Part shown: in pieces, positions 47,510 to 56,461 of the stretch
Layout: each line of letters begins with the position of its first letter
Position numbering within the stretch: position 1 is the stretch's first letter
Source: Promethearchaeota archaeon
GTDB taxonomy: Archaea; Asgardarchaeota; Heimdallarchaeia; Hodarchaeales; Hodarchaeaceae
NCBI GenBank assembly: GCA_048938105.1
Contig: JBHLMN010000004.1
Span: forward strand, 256,001 to 320,000
Length of the DNA stretch: 64,000 bases
Reading direction: 5' to 3'
Notes under the pieces: model-generated
What the model was told of the DNA's origin: nothing
Databases searched by the model: none
What the model saw: the letters and a program-made list of their open reading frames with translations, nothing else
Translations under genes and position numbers: made by a program

Positions 47510-47736
47510 AAGAAAAATCCCTCGAAAGATAATTATTTTTTAATTAAATAAACTTTAAGTGTTGTAGTTTTTTCTAAATGGATCAATAAAAAATCCTTTG
47601 GTAAAGAAAAAGAAATGAAAAATAATGATTAGAAAGTGGAGAAGTCGTGGTACCTGTCGGTTTGTACGGAGAATCTCAACCTCAATCATATTGGAGGCGA
47701 GAGTCTCTTAATGCTTTCTGTCGAATAACTAGGAGC

Positions 47737-49447
47737 TGTACCTTAAATATCCGAAAAAGAGAATTTATTAATAGAAAATTGCAATCTTTAAAATCTAAAC
47801 ATATTATGAGGTAGGAGAATAAATGGTTGAAATGGATATACAAATCAAACGAACAGTGACTTTCGCTGATAAATACCACGAAACTTGTAATGATCTAAAC
47901 TGGTTTAAATACAATCGAAGTACTCAAGGAATTACTCCATACTGTTTAAAATGTCGGAATATTGTAATTAAGGATGCTAATGATGCAATTAAGGAATTTC
48001 AGAATAAAATATTCAAATCTGAAAATATAATTGCAGATATCCTGAAATCAAAATCTACTGTTGCTCAAAAAGACAATCTCTTCTTTTGTATTGAAAACTT
48101 AATGAAAACTATATTTAATGAAGGACATACTCCATTTGACATGTTTAGAAAGATGAAGTGTCTATTCAATTCGAATTTCCTTTATTCCAAGGGAAATGAT
48201 GATATAATTTCAATATACGAGTTTTCAGATTTTTTCAATGCCGTCCACCAAATTGAAATTTGTAAGGAAAATATTCGGAATATTGAGAAAGGGTCTATGA
48301 TAGTAGATACAAAAGGAGAATTTTATTACTCTTATGGATATTGTCGTTTAAAGGATAGTTTAGGAGAAATGGGTATAGGAACAGGAAAGGACGTACGAAA
48401 CAAAAAAGAAGAATTATATTCTAATAGTCTGAATAGTCAATTTGAATCTGAGTCGGGAAATGCAACTTCTTTATTGGATCTTTATCTAAATCAAGATCAC
48501 TACATGCTTGAGTTTTATTCTGCATTCTATTACGCACTCCAGATGTATAAAGACGAGAGATATTTCTTAAATCTATATTGGGTTAGAGACATTGATCTAA
48601 ATCCATCGAAACTTAAAGGATGGAGAAGCAACATATTCAAGGGATATCCCAGTGGTATTTCAACACTACATGTACAAGAATCACTAGAAAACGAATTTGG
48701 AGCAGAAATAGCATCAATTATTTTTGAGAATCTTGTATTATCAAAAAGTAATACGAAACCATTTCTATATATGGTAGAATTTAAGGAAGATATATTTTTA
48801 ATGCCAATATGGGCAGCATGGATCGAAGTATTTCTTCAAGCAGAAAAAGATGGGGATGAGGTTTTTAAGAGGTGGAATGAAAACAAAACTAATAAATTTG
48901 AAAAAACCATCGTTCCAGATAAATTCAAGGAAGAAGGATTTCTAGTTGGGAATGGATTCAAAGTACTTAATCCTGATGGGACAATAAAATACGAATATGA
49001 CTCTGTTGTTTTGAGTCCCTCTAAAACCCTTTGGATTGTTGAAGCTAAACATCTAAAATTAAAGCGACGACAAATGGATCGTTTTAATTCTTGGAAGAAA
49101 GAATGTGAGAATTATATTGATATGCCGAAGAAAACATTTTCTTTTCTGGACAAAGTACGTTATATAAAAGAGAATTTAGATTTATTAAGGAGTATTGGTA
49201 AGATACCATCTGATTGGAAAATTAATCAAATAAAAGGTGTTGTTGTGACAAATCTACCACCAATAGAGGAAGTATACAAAGGAATTCCAATTATTTGGTA
49301 CCGTGAACTAGATATTTTCTGTAATATATCCGATAGTCTATAGTACACATAACATCTGGAGAAAACTCACACAACCTAACGCGATGGTATCAAAGATCTC
49401 CATGGATTCTGCCAACTAGAATATTCTGAGAAATGTACCTTAAATAT
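47737..49447 (+). repeat. 14-bp direct repeats flanking the 47823-49343 nuclease gene
   Basis: TGTACCTTAAATAT at 47737-47750 and 49434-49447. Confidence 0.6.
47823..49343 (+). CDS. protein with C-terminal NERD/PD-(D/E)XK nuclease domain
   Basis: KFEKTIV...EYDSVVLSPSKTLWIVEAKH...IKGVVVTN; N-terminal H..C...C..C is a possible Zn site. Confidence 0.75.
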   Translation: MVEMDIQIKRTVTFADKYHETCNDLNWFKYNRSTQGITPYCLKCRNIVIKDANDAIKEFQNKIFKSENIIADILKSKSTVAQKDNLFFCIENLMKTIFNEGHTPFDMFRKMKCLFNSNFLYSKGNDDIISIYEFSDFFNAVHQIEICKENIRNIEKGSMIVDTKGEFYYSYGYCRLKDSLGEMGIGTGKDVRNKKEELYSNSLNSQFESESGNATSLLDLYLNQDHYMLEFYSAFYYALQMYKDERYFLNLYWVRDIDLNPSKLKGWRSNIFKGYPSGISTLHVQESLENEFGAEIASIIFENLVLSKSNTKPFLYMVEFKEDIFLMPIWAAWIEVFLQAEKDGDEVFKRWNENKTNKFEKTIVPDKFKEEGFLVGNGFKVLNPDGTIKYEYDSVVLSPSKTLWIVEAKHLKLKRRQMDRFNSWKKECENYIDMPKKTFSFLDKVRYIKENLDLLRSIGKIPSDWKINQIKGVVVTNLPPIEEVYKGIPIIWYRELDIFCNISDSL

Positions 49448-49690
49448 TAAGAAGGCGTCCATTGAAAAGTTATAAATATTCGAAAGAGGCATTATCTAAG
49501 CTATTCATGCATCTTCTTACTCCTGTCTGCGGTTTGTCATATGACATAGAATGCCTGTTCTGAAAACAGTCGCTATCATTACAAGAATAAATGACGAGTT
49601 TCAGGAATGGTTTCTTGAACAGGATCAAGAAGATTAATATGCCAGTCTTCACATATCATCATAACAAGGCAGATATAGGATAAAGAAACA

Positions 49691-50548
49691 TTGAGACTCA
49701 AATTTCAAAAAGTAATTGATAAACAAGTCCTCACTCCACAAGAAACAAGTCGGTATATGAAAATTGTAGACATTTACATGGAAAAGAGAACTCGGCAACA
49801 AAAAATCGGTATATGGGGAGAGCAGATCGCTAAGGACATATTAGTGAAAACATTAGTTCTTGATAATTTCTCTAGTGATAGTAGGACTTTTGAAGATAGA
49901 ATTATTCAAAAACAAAGTGCTATCATTAGAGGACTGCTATTAGCATATTTAGGTCGATATAATGACATGCTTAAGCATCAGTTTGACCTTAATCTAGACT
50001 GGCTAATAGGTAAGCGTACACATATAGAAACAAATTCCAAATGGGAAGAAGGATTGTCACAGTTCAAGTATGAAGGAAAACTCCAGAAAATTTTGCCTTT
50101 AAGTATGAATTTACCCATGGATTGGATAATAGGAGCCAACAAAGTTCAACAAATCTTATCAAATGATGAGTATGAGATGTATTGTACAATATTATCTTTA
50201 TTAAGTCAATTCATCTATTTTGAGAAATTTAAACAGTTTTTAGACACCGAAGAATTGATCCAGACATTTACTCCTCACGCTGAGACCATTATACATCATA
50301 AATTAGATTGTTGGGCGAAAAAACCTGATAATACACTTCCAATCTACTGTATTGAAATTAAAAGCAGTGATATCACTTGTGAAAACCATTCTCAACGTGG
50401 ACCCATTTCCGATAGAATGGGAAAACTACAACGAGAATATATAAAGAAGCTAATGAAGTTGAACCAAATACTCAAAGTCCTCATTGCAAAAGTAAATTTC
50501 TGTGAGTGTGATCACGTCTTTTACTGGTTGATTGAAGTAGAACATTAA
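49691..50548 (+). CDS. PD-(D/E)XK nuclease with a large insertion
   Basis: Motif I GIWGEQIAKDIL is separated by ~150 aa from LDCWAKK...IYCIEIKSS and KLQRE. Confidence 0.7.
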   Translation: MRLKFQKVIDKQVLTPQETSRYMKIVDIYMEKRTRQQKIGIWGEQIAKDILVKTLVLDNFSSDSRTFEDRIIQKQSAIIRGLLLAYLGRYNDMLKHQFDLNLDWLIGKRTHIETNSKWEEGLSQFKYEGKLQKILPLSMNLPMDWIIGANKVQQILSNDEYEMYCTILSLLSQFIYFEKFKQFLDTEELIQTFTPHAETIIHHKLDCWAKKPDNTLPIYCIEIKSSDITCENHSQRGPISDRMGKLQREYIKKLMKLNQILKVLIAKVNFCECDHVFYWLIEVEH

Positions 50549-50619
50549 GAATCCACCAATCATGTTATGAACAAAGTTAATAAATTTATTAGTGGTAGTT
50601 AGACATAACAAGCTATGAG

Positions 50620-50655
50620 AAAAAAAGGGGTAGGGAGTGAAAATTTCACACCCTA
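50620..50655 (-). terminator. hairpin plus U-tract terminator of microprotein copy 2
   Basis: TAGGGTGTGAAA-T-TTTCACTCCCTA (one mismatch), then CCCCTTTTTTT, about 10 nt after the stop. Confidence 0.65.
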
Positions 50656-50664
50656 ACTGAGAAC

Positions 50665-50787
50665 CTATTTTTTACGTTTGTCTGCTGCCCGCATTGCCCG
50701 TGCTTTGAAGTCATGGTTCTTACCTGATTTGTCTGCAGCACTTTGGATGCGCCTTGCAGCATCTTTACTCATTTTTCTTTTTGTCAT
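50665..50787 (-). CDS. 40-aa basic SMP/LEA-like microprotein (copy 2)
   Basis: MTKRKMSKDAARRIQSAADKSGKNHDFKARAMRAADKRKK*; paralog of 2923-3051. Confidence 0.85.
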   Translation of the reverse strand: MTKRKMSKDAARRIQSAADKSGKNHDFKARAMRAADKRKK

Positions 50788-50935
50788 TTCATTCGTTTCC
50801 TTGCTTTCTGAAGAAACAAACTCTAGTTATAGATTCACCCTTTCCTTCGGATAAGCAACCAATCTACTTTCAGAGGATAGTAGGTTTCGGCTACTACTAT
50901 GTTCTTTTTCTTCAGGGGGATGCGTCTAGAGACTC
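50788..50935 (-). ncRNA. candidate structured 5' leader of microprotein copy 2
   Basis: CTCTAG/CTAGAG closing stem around TAGTAG-CCGAAAC-CTACTA and TAGATT...TCC-GAA-GGA...AATCTA hairpins; shares ACGCAT-N3-CCTGA with the copy-1 leader. Confidence 0.35.
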
Positions 50936-51100
50936 CATTTAAGTTTATCTTAGAACTTAGGATTCAACTCAGATTAGAGGACTAATTTTTTTTCAAAACC
51001 TTTCACATTTTACGTCAAATCGCTCGACTGAATCTTTTGGCCACATCAGGTAAAAATTATGATTATGGAGACTGAAAAAGTCTCTTTTCTTGGATTGATA

Positions 51101-52009
51101 TCATTTTTCTTCAGGTAATTTTACAATCGAACCAGGTTTTATCTCCTTTAAACCGTGTTTAATTTGCTTATCTTGAAAAAGTAGCTGATATAATACTAAG
51201 ATTTGAGTAAATATTGTTGTAATCAAAAGCATTTCAAGGAAAAGGATTAAGGGTGCTTCTCCAAATCTTTCGAAAGTTTTTTGAGCATGATTTACTTTGA
51301 GATACTCTTGAATAATATATTTCTGTCCTTTGTATCTTTCGACTCCAGTAATTATCAAATGGGAATGAGCAATGCTGTGTCTTAAATATTCAAAGTCTTT
51401 TAGATATGCGTTGATAATTTTGATTCCAAAGAATGTATCAAACACTACACTGATCTTCTCAAGATAATTATAAGCATTGAGAATATATTGAAATACTTCT
51501 TTCTTTGCTATTGCTTTTGTATCGAAAATACTGGTGAAGCTTCTCATAATCAGGCTAATTGTTTCTTTTAAAGAGAAGATTTCTTGGAGAATCAAACAAG
51601 AATAATCTACTTCTAGTTTTTCATCATCATCTAACTCAATATATTTCTTCTTATCATATCTAAGATATGAAACAACTCGTTTCATACTTTCCTGATCTAC
51701 ATAAGCGTAAGGAGTTGTAAGGTTAGTAAAGATCAAATTATAGGACGGTTTATATTTCGGATGAAATTCTCTTGTGAATTCGTTTATTAAAAAGTCAATC
51801 CATTTTCTAGTTCTTGGGTTTCGTGATCCATAGGCAATTAATTTGAGTAACTGGCCATAATTCCTATTTTCGAAATTTATTTCTTTAAAATTTAAATTAT
51901 TGTAATCAAAGATTTTCCTAAATTTACTTTTTGTTTCATGAATTTCCTCATCTGTAAAGGTTATGTTGTTAAAAACGATTGAGGGATAATTTAAAGTGTC
52001 ATTTATCAT
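51101..52009 (-). CDS. HEPN-like protein (putative RNase)
   Basis: All-helical C-terminal half with an R-x4-H motif, LRHSIAH. Confidence 0.65.
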   Translation of the reverse strand: MINDTLNYPSIVFNNITFTDEEIHETKSKFRKIFDYNNLNFKEINFENRNYGQLLKLIAYGSRNPRTRKWIDFLINEFTREFHPKYKPSYNLIFTNLTTPYAYVDQESMKRVVSYLRYDKKKYIELDDDEKLEVDYSCLILQEIFSLKETISLIMRSFTSIFDTKAIAKKEVFQYILNAYNYLEKISVVFDTFFGIKIINAYLKDFEYLRHSIAHSHLIITGVERYKGQKYIIQEYLKVNHAQKTFERFGEAPLILFLEMLLITTIFTQILVLYQLLFQDKQIKHGLKEIKPGSIVKLPEEK

Positions 52010-52347
52010 TTTATTACCAATTGCCTTCCTTTCTTTCGTAATGATGAGTAAGTGTATTTACCTTACTCCTCTAAAAGTGAACCTCTAAGAGTAAATTACA
52101 CCAAATTACCCCAATTTCTATCAGAAGTGATGTAACTCTTAACCACCTGAAACAAGATTGAATAGCTTTCTTAGCGAATCCTTCTCTTGATTCAAATATA
52201 TAATTATTGTTAAAACACGCACTCACTAGTCTATTTGTTGTACTCGTTTATAAACTTATAATTTTCGAGAACAAGAGACATCCGAAGTGGGATAGGTTAA
52301 TAAACTGGTTCGTACTTGATTTCACCCACTCCGCGGAGGCGAATAAT

Positions 52348-52953
52348 ATGGTGCAGTGGAGAAATTGGAATCGTAAAAAAATTGGTTTGCTATCAGTAGG
52401 TGTTATTACTAGTTTTATGGTTGTTCTTGCGGTTGCTATTCAATCGAATTGGTTTAACATCGCTGATTTAACTGGTACAGTTAAGAAAAATGAGGTATCG
52501 ATCACTAAAGCACAAATTAGTCTAGGAAATGTTGCGTCCGGTGCAAGCTTTGAGACAACAGGGACGACATCGATTACCATTCCTGTTGTTGAAAAAGGGG
52601 GACAAAATGTATCTAAATTTCTCATGATTCTTCCCGTTACCTCAATGAGTGATGCAGAAGATTATCTCATTGAACGGTTTGCTTCTCTATCTTTAAATGT
52701 CACAATTATAGGTACTACCTACTCTTTAGGGATTGTCATTGGCGGTGAGCTTCCGACAACGGGAACCCATGATTGGGACTACGAAGATACAGATTTTACT
52801 AACGACCTCATTTATTATTCTTACAAAAACTGGGATTCAGGGATTTTTCTTCCAACAGGTTCCCACGAAATAGATCTGAAGGCTTTTGGGGTAACCTCTG
52901 CCCCGAGTACTGATCTCACGATTGATATCACATTCGTATTTGAGCTAATCTGA
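52348..52953 (+). CDS. N-terminally anchored/secreted beta-sandwich protein
   Basis: GGAGG upstream of ATG 52348 (better than TTG 52207); RKK plus hydrophobic helix; Thr-rich beta pattern ending ITFVFELI. Confidence 0.75.
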   Translation: MVQWRNWNRKKIGLLSVGVITSFMVVLAVAIQSNWFNIADLTGTVKKNEVSITKAQISLGNVASGASFETTGTTSITIPVVEKGGQNVSKFLMILPVTSMSDAEDYLIERFASLSLNVTIIGTTYSLGIVIGGELPTTGTHDWDYEDTDFTNDLIYYSYKNWDSGIFLPTGSHEIDLKAFGVTSAPSTDLTIDITFVFELI

Positions 52954-53298
52954 TAATTCATTCTTTGATGAAGAGTATTGAGGATTTTTCTGGACTCAAT
53001 GAATCTAATGAAAAAGATGAATTATATATGCAAATATTCAGCTTATTAGATATAATAAACAAAATTGAAACAAAAAGTGAATCAAAATAAAGGAATAAAG
53101 TTGTAGAGAGAGAGATTTGCATATTTCTATGATTACAAGGAAATAGAGGGTATTAAAATGACAAAAGAATTGATTAAGGAAGATTGATCATAATAATGAT
53201 TTACCAGCTTTTGTTTTGAAGGAGCGATACGAACAACGTAATGTTGGAAGTTTTCTAGACTAATGATTTACTAGAATGAGAAGAAGAAGGAAACTGGA

Positions 53299-56262
53299 AT
53301 GAAGTTTGTTGATCGTGAGGATCTTATCAGAATAACAGAAAATTGGGTAGGAAATAACAATAAAAAGAGAGTTCTTAATTTTTTTGGAATTGGTGGAATT
53401 GGTAAATCATGTCTTAAAAATGAATTATATAGAAGATACTCTCAAACTGAGAATGTTTCTGTTATTTCAATTGATTTCAAAACGTCTCATTTTCGTCATT
53501 TGCCCAAATTCTTATTTCAAATAAGATTACAATTAGGTAAGCAACTAAAGATCTCTTTTAATAACTTTGATCTAGCTTATACAATCTACTTTAAAGTAGT
53601 TATTCCATCATTTTCTTTAAGTGAACCAGCAAACCTTTTAGAGGAAGGAAATCTTATAGCTGAGATACTTACGAGTCTTCAGGGATTTCCAATGGTTGAA
53701 ACTATACCAAAAATGTTATTGCTTCTCAAAAAGAGAATTAAATGGTTTAATGAATGGATGAGAAGAAAACAACCTATTTTTCAAGAATTTATAGATCTTG
53801 CTGAACAGAGAAGAATATACGAATTGGAAGATAGATTATCTTATTTTCTTTTTGACGATTTACAGCTCTATTGTGAACAAAACTTAAATCAAAAACTTAT
53901 TTTTCTAATAGATAGTTTTGAGCATTTAACACCCAAACAAGAAAGAACATTCTTAAGCAGGTATCAAAGGGATGAGTGGTTCCGAAACACTATTCTAAAT
54001 CTTTCATTAGTGAAATGGATAATTTTTGGTCGAGATAAAATCCTCTGGGCTGAGATAGATGAAAGATGGGAAGATATCATTCTACAAAAACGCGTCAAAG
54101 ACCTTGAGATGCCTTTCAGAAAAACTATTCTTCAAAATTTAGAAATAGAACAAAAGTTACATGAAGAAATTGCAGAATGTTCTTATGGAGTACCGCTCTA
54201 CCTTTATCTCTCTAAAGACATGTATGAAAGAGCAATAAAACATAAAAAATTTTTAACAGCTGAGGATATTCAACCCAATATTAATCAATTACTAGGATGC
54301 TTTTTTCATTATTTAAGCCGAGAAGAACAGACAGCGTTATTTTTATTTTCTATTCCTCGTTTTTGGAACGATGATCTCTGGCATATATTGATTAATAAGT
54401 TCCAGCCATCTCTAAAAACTTATAGACTTTCAGAATTTTGTAATTTCTCGTTCATAGATGTTGATAAAAATGGAAATATCTATTTTCATCCATTATTGCG
54501 TGATCTCTTGTTAAAAAAAGAAGAAAACCGATTTAAAGAGGTAAAAAATAAGTTCTTAGCTAATTATTACAGGAATTTCGCAAACATTGAAGATATTAAA
54601 AACATAACAAATGACCATATAGATGCATTTCAAGAAGCATTATATCATTATCTTCAGTTAGAGAATATTGATGATGTTAATACTTGGTTCTGGAGTCTTC
54701 TATTTCCTTATAAAAGTGCAGGGTTCTACAGTCTAATTTTACCAGTCATATATCAACTTATAGAGAAACTTCAAGAAAATCAAAACGATGATCTTGAGTC
54801 TCTCTCTCTTGCTTTAAACAACCTAGGAGACATATTACAGGAAATTGCTGAATATAGAGAAGCTGAAGAGACTTTTCAAAGAAGTTTATCTTTCGCTAAA
54901 CAGTGCTTTAATGAAAACCATCCAAGAATAGGATCAATATTACAGAATTTGGGAACACTATATATTAAGATGGGATTCTATGATAAAGCTGAACCTTTAT
55001 TAGCACAAGCATTAGAAATTGATAGAACTCATTATGGAGAGAAGCATGTCTCGACTGGAATTGTATTAAATAATTATGCAAATTTATTATCAAAACTTGG
55101 TAGAAATCATGAGGCAGAAAATTATGCGCGCCTCTCAATTTCTATAGCTGAAGAAATTCTCGGAGACGATCATTTAGATGTTGCAACTAAATTAAGTACA
55201 TTAGCAGGAATTTTAACAAATTTAGGACGTTTTAATGAGGCTGAACCCTTATACCGTAGATCTCTTTCCATTGCGGAAAAAAGATCAGGTGAAGATAGTA
55301 TCTTAACAAGTATAGCTTTAAACAACCTTGCGATACATTTAGAAAGTTTTGGCGACATATCACAGAAATTTGAGGCAGAAAAGTTATATTATCGTGCTTT
55401 AAAAATCGCTAGAGCAAAATTAGGAGATGAACATCCCAAAATTGGTCGAAGATTGAATAATTTGGGATTGTTAAAGAAGAATCTTGGAAAGATTGATGAA
55501 GCTGAACCTTTACTCAAAGAAGCTCTTATTATCACTGAGAATGCATTAGGTAGTGATCATCCCGAGACAGCTATCAGATTAAACAATCTTGGTTTATTGT
55601 ATGATGACACAGACCGTTTAGATAAAGCTGAACCATTGTTTAGAAAAGCCTTGGAGATTACAGAGAAGAAACAAGGTAAAGAACATCCCAAAGTTGTTAA
55701 AAGATTAAATAATCTAGCAAGTTTGCTAAGGAAAAAGAAAGAGTTTTCAGAGGCAGAATCACTTTTTAGAAGAGCTATCAAAATTGCAGAAGAAAAATTA
55801 GGAGTGAATCACCCTTTGACCGGGAAAACTTATAACAATTTTGGATTACTCTTATTAGAAATTCGAACTAAAGATTCTTATAAGGAAGCGGAAGTTCTAC
55901 TTCGCAAAGCCTTGAAAATTAGTGAAGAAACATTTGAACCTGAAAGCTCGGAGGTAGATACTAGGTTAGACAATTTAACGAGGTGCTTAATTGAGAAAAA
56001 AAAGTATAAAGAGGCAGAACCATTATGTCGAAGATTCTTAAATTTAGCACGCCAAAAACTTGGAAAAAATCATATAGAAACAGCGAGAAGAATGTATCTT
56101 TTAGGGCACTGTACCCATAAATTGAATAAACTTGAAGAAGCAGAAAAACTTTATGAAAAAGCATTTAGAATTACAAAGGATAAATTAGGTCCGAATAATA
56201 GAAGAACTATACTTTTTTATGCAAGTTACTCCAAATTACGAAACCAAAGAAAAGAAGGATGA
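53299..56262 (+). CDS. STAND-class NTPase with C-terminal TPR array and no N-terminal effector
   Basis: FVDRE, Walker A GIGGIGKS, Walker B IFLIDSFE, GVPLYL, FHPLLR; about eleven 42-aa LNNL...EAE.L...AL.I...LG..HP repeats. Confidence 0.9.
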   Translation: MKFVDREDLIRITENWVGNNNKKRVLNFFGIGGIGKSCLKNELYRRYSQTENVSVISIDFKTSHFRHLPKFLFQIRLQLGKQLKISFNNFDLAYTIYFKVVIPSFSLSEPANLLEEGNLIAEILTSLQGFPMVETIPKMLLLLKKRIKWFNEWMRRKQPIFQEFIDLAEQRRIYELEDRLSYFLFDDLQLYCEQNLNQKLIFLIDSFEHLTPKQERTFLSRYQRDEWFRNTILNLSLVKWIIFGRDKILWAEIDERWEDIILQKRVKDLEMPFRKTILQNLEIEQKLHEEIAECSYGVPLYLYLSKDMYERAIKHKKFLTAEDIQPNINQLLGCFFHYLSREEQTALFLFSIPRFWNDDLWHILINKFQPSLKTYRLSEFCNFSFIDVDKNGNIYFHPLLRDLLLKKEENRFKEVKNKFLANYYRNFANIEDIKNITNDHIDAFQEALYHYLQLENIDDVNTWFWSLLFPYKSAGFYSLILPVIYQLIEKLQENQNDDLESLSLALNNLGDILQEIAEYREAEETFQRSLSFAKQCFNENHPRIGSILQNLGTLYIKMGFYDKAEPLLAQALEIDRTHYGEKHVSTGIVLNNYANLLSKLGRNHEAENYARLSISIAEEILGDDHLDVATKLSTLAGILTNLGRFNEAEPLYRRSLSIAEKRSGEDSILTSIALNNLAIHLESFGDISQKFEAEKLYYRALKIARAKLGDEHPKIGRRLNNLGLLKKNLGKIDEAEPLLKEALIITENALGSDHPETAIRLNNLGLLYDDTDRLDKAEPLFRKALEITEKKQGKEHPKVVKRLNNLASLLRKKKEFSEAESLFRRAIKIAEEKLGVNHPLTGKTYNNFGLLLLEIRTKDSYKEAEVLLRKALKISEETFEPESSEVDTRLDNLTRCLIEKKKYKEAEPLCRRFLNLARQKLGKNHIETARRMYLLGHCTHKLNKLEEAEKLYEKAFRITKDKLGPNNRRTILFYASYSKLRNQRKEG

Positions 56263-56461
56263 AAAGAATATCAGCTTGTTTCAACTTTCTTTACTTGAAA
56301 TAAGTTTATCCATGTTTTTTTAATATCCTCATCTCTATCTGGTAAAATTTATCAAGGTAGATGAAAGTAATTTTCTTATCGTTAAATCTAGGATTTTTTA
56401 GAGTATCCATAGAAATATCATTAATATCGGACCAAAGAAGGGAGGTTATGATAATAATCTA

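Noticed and set aside
50880-50920. Hammerhead ribozyme (CTGAAGA...CGAAAC on the minus strand)
   Set aside because: The bases between the two core motifs cannot form stem II, and I found no matching stem I/III with a cleavage triplet.
53026-53124. 10-bp inverted repeat ATATGCAAAT/ATTTGCATAT as MITE ends
   Set aside because: Short, AT-rich, with no target-site duplication or second copy seen; plausible by chance.
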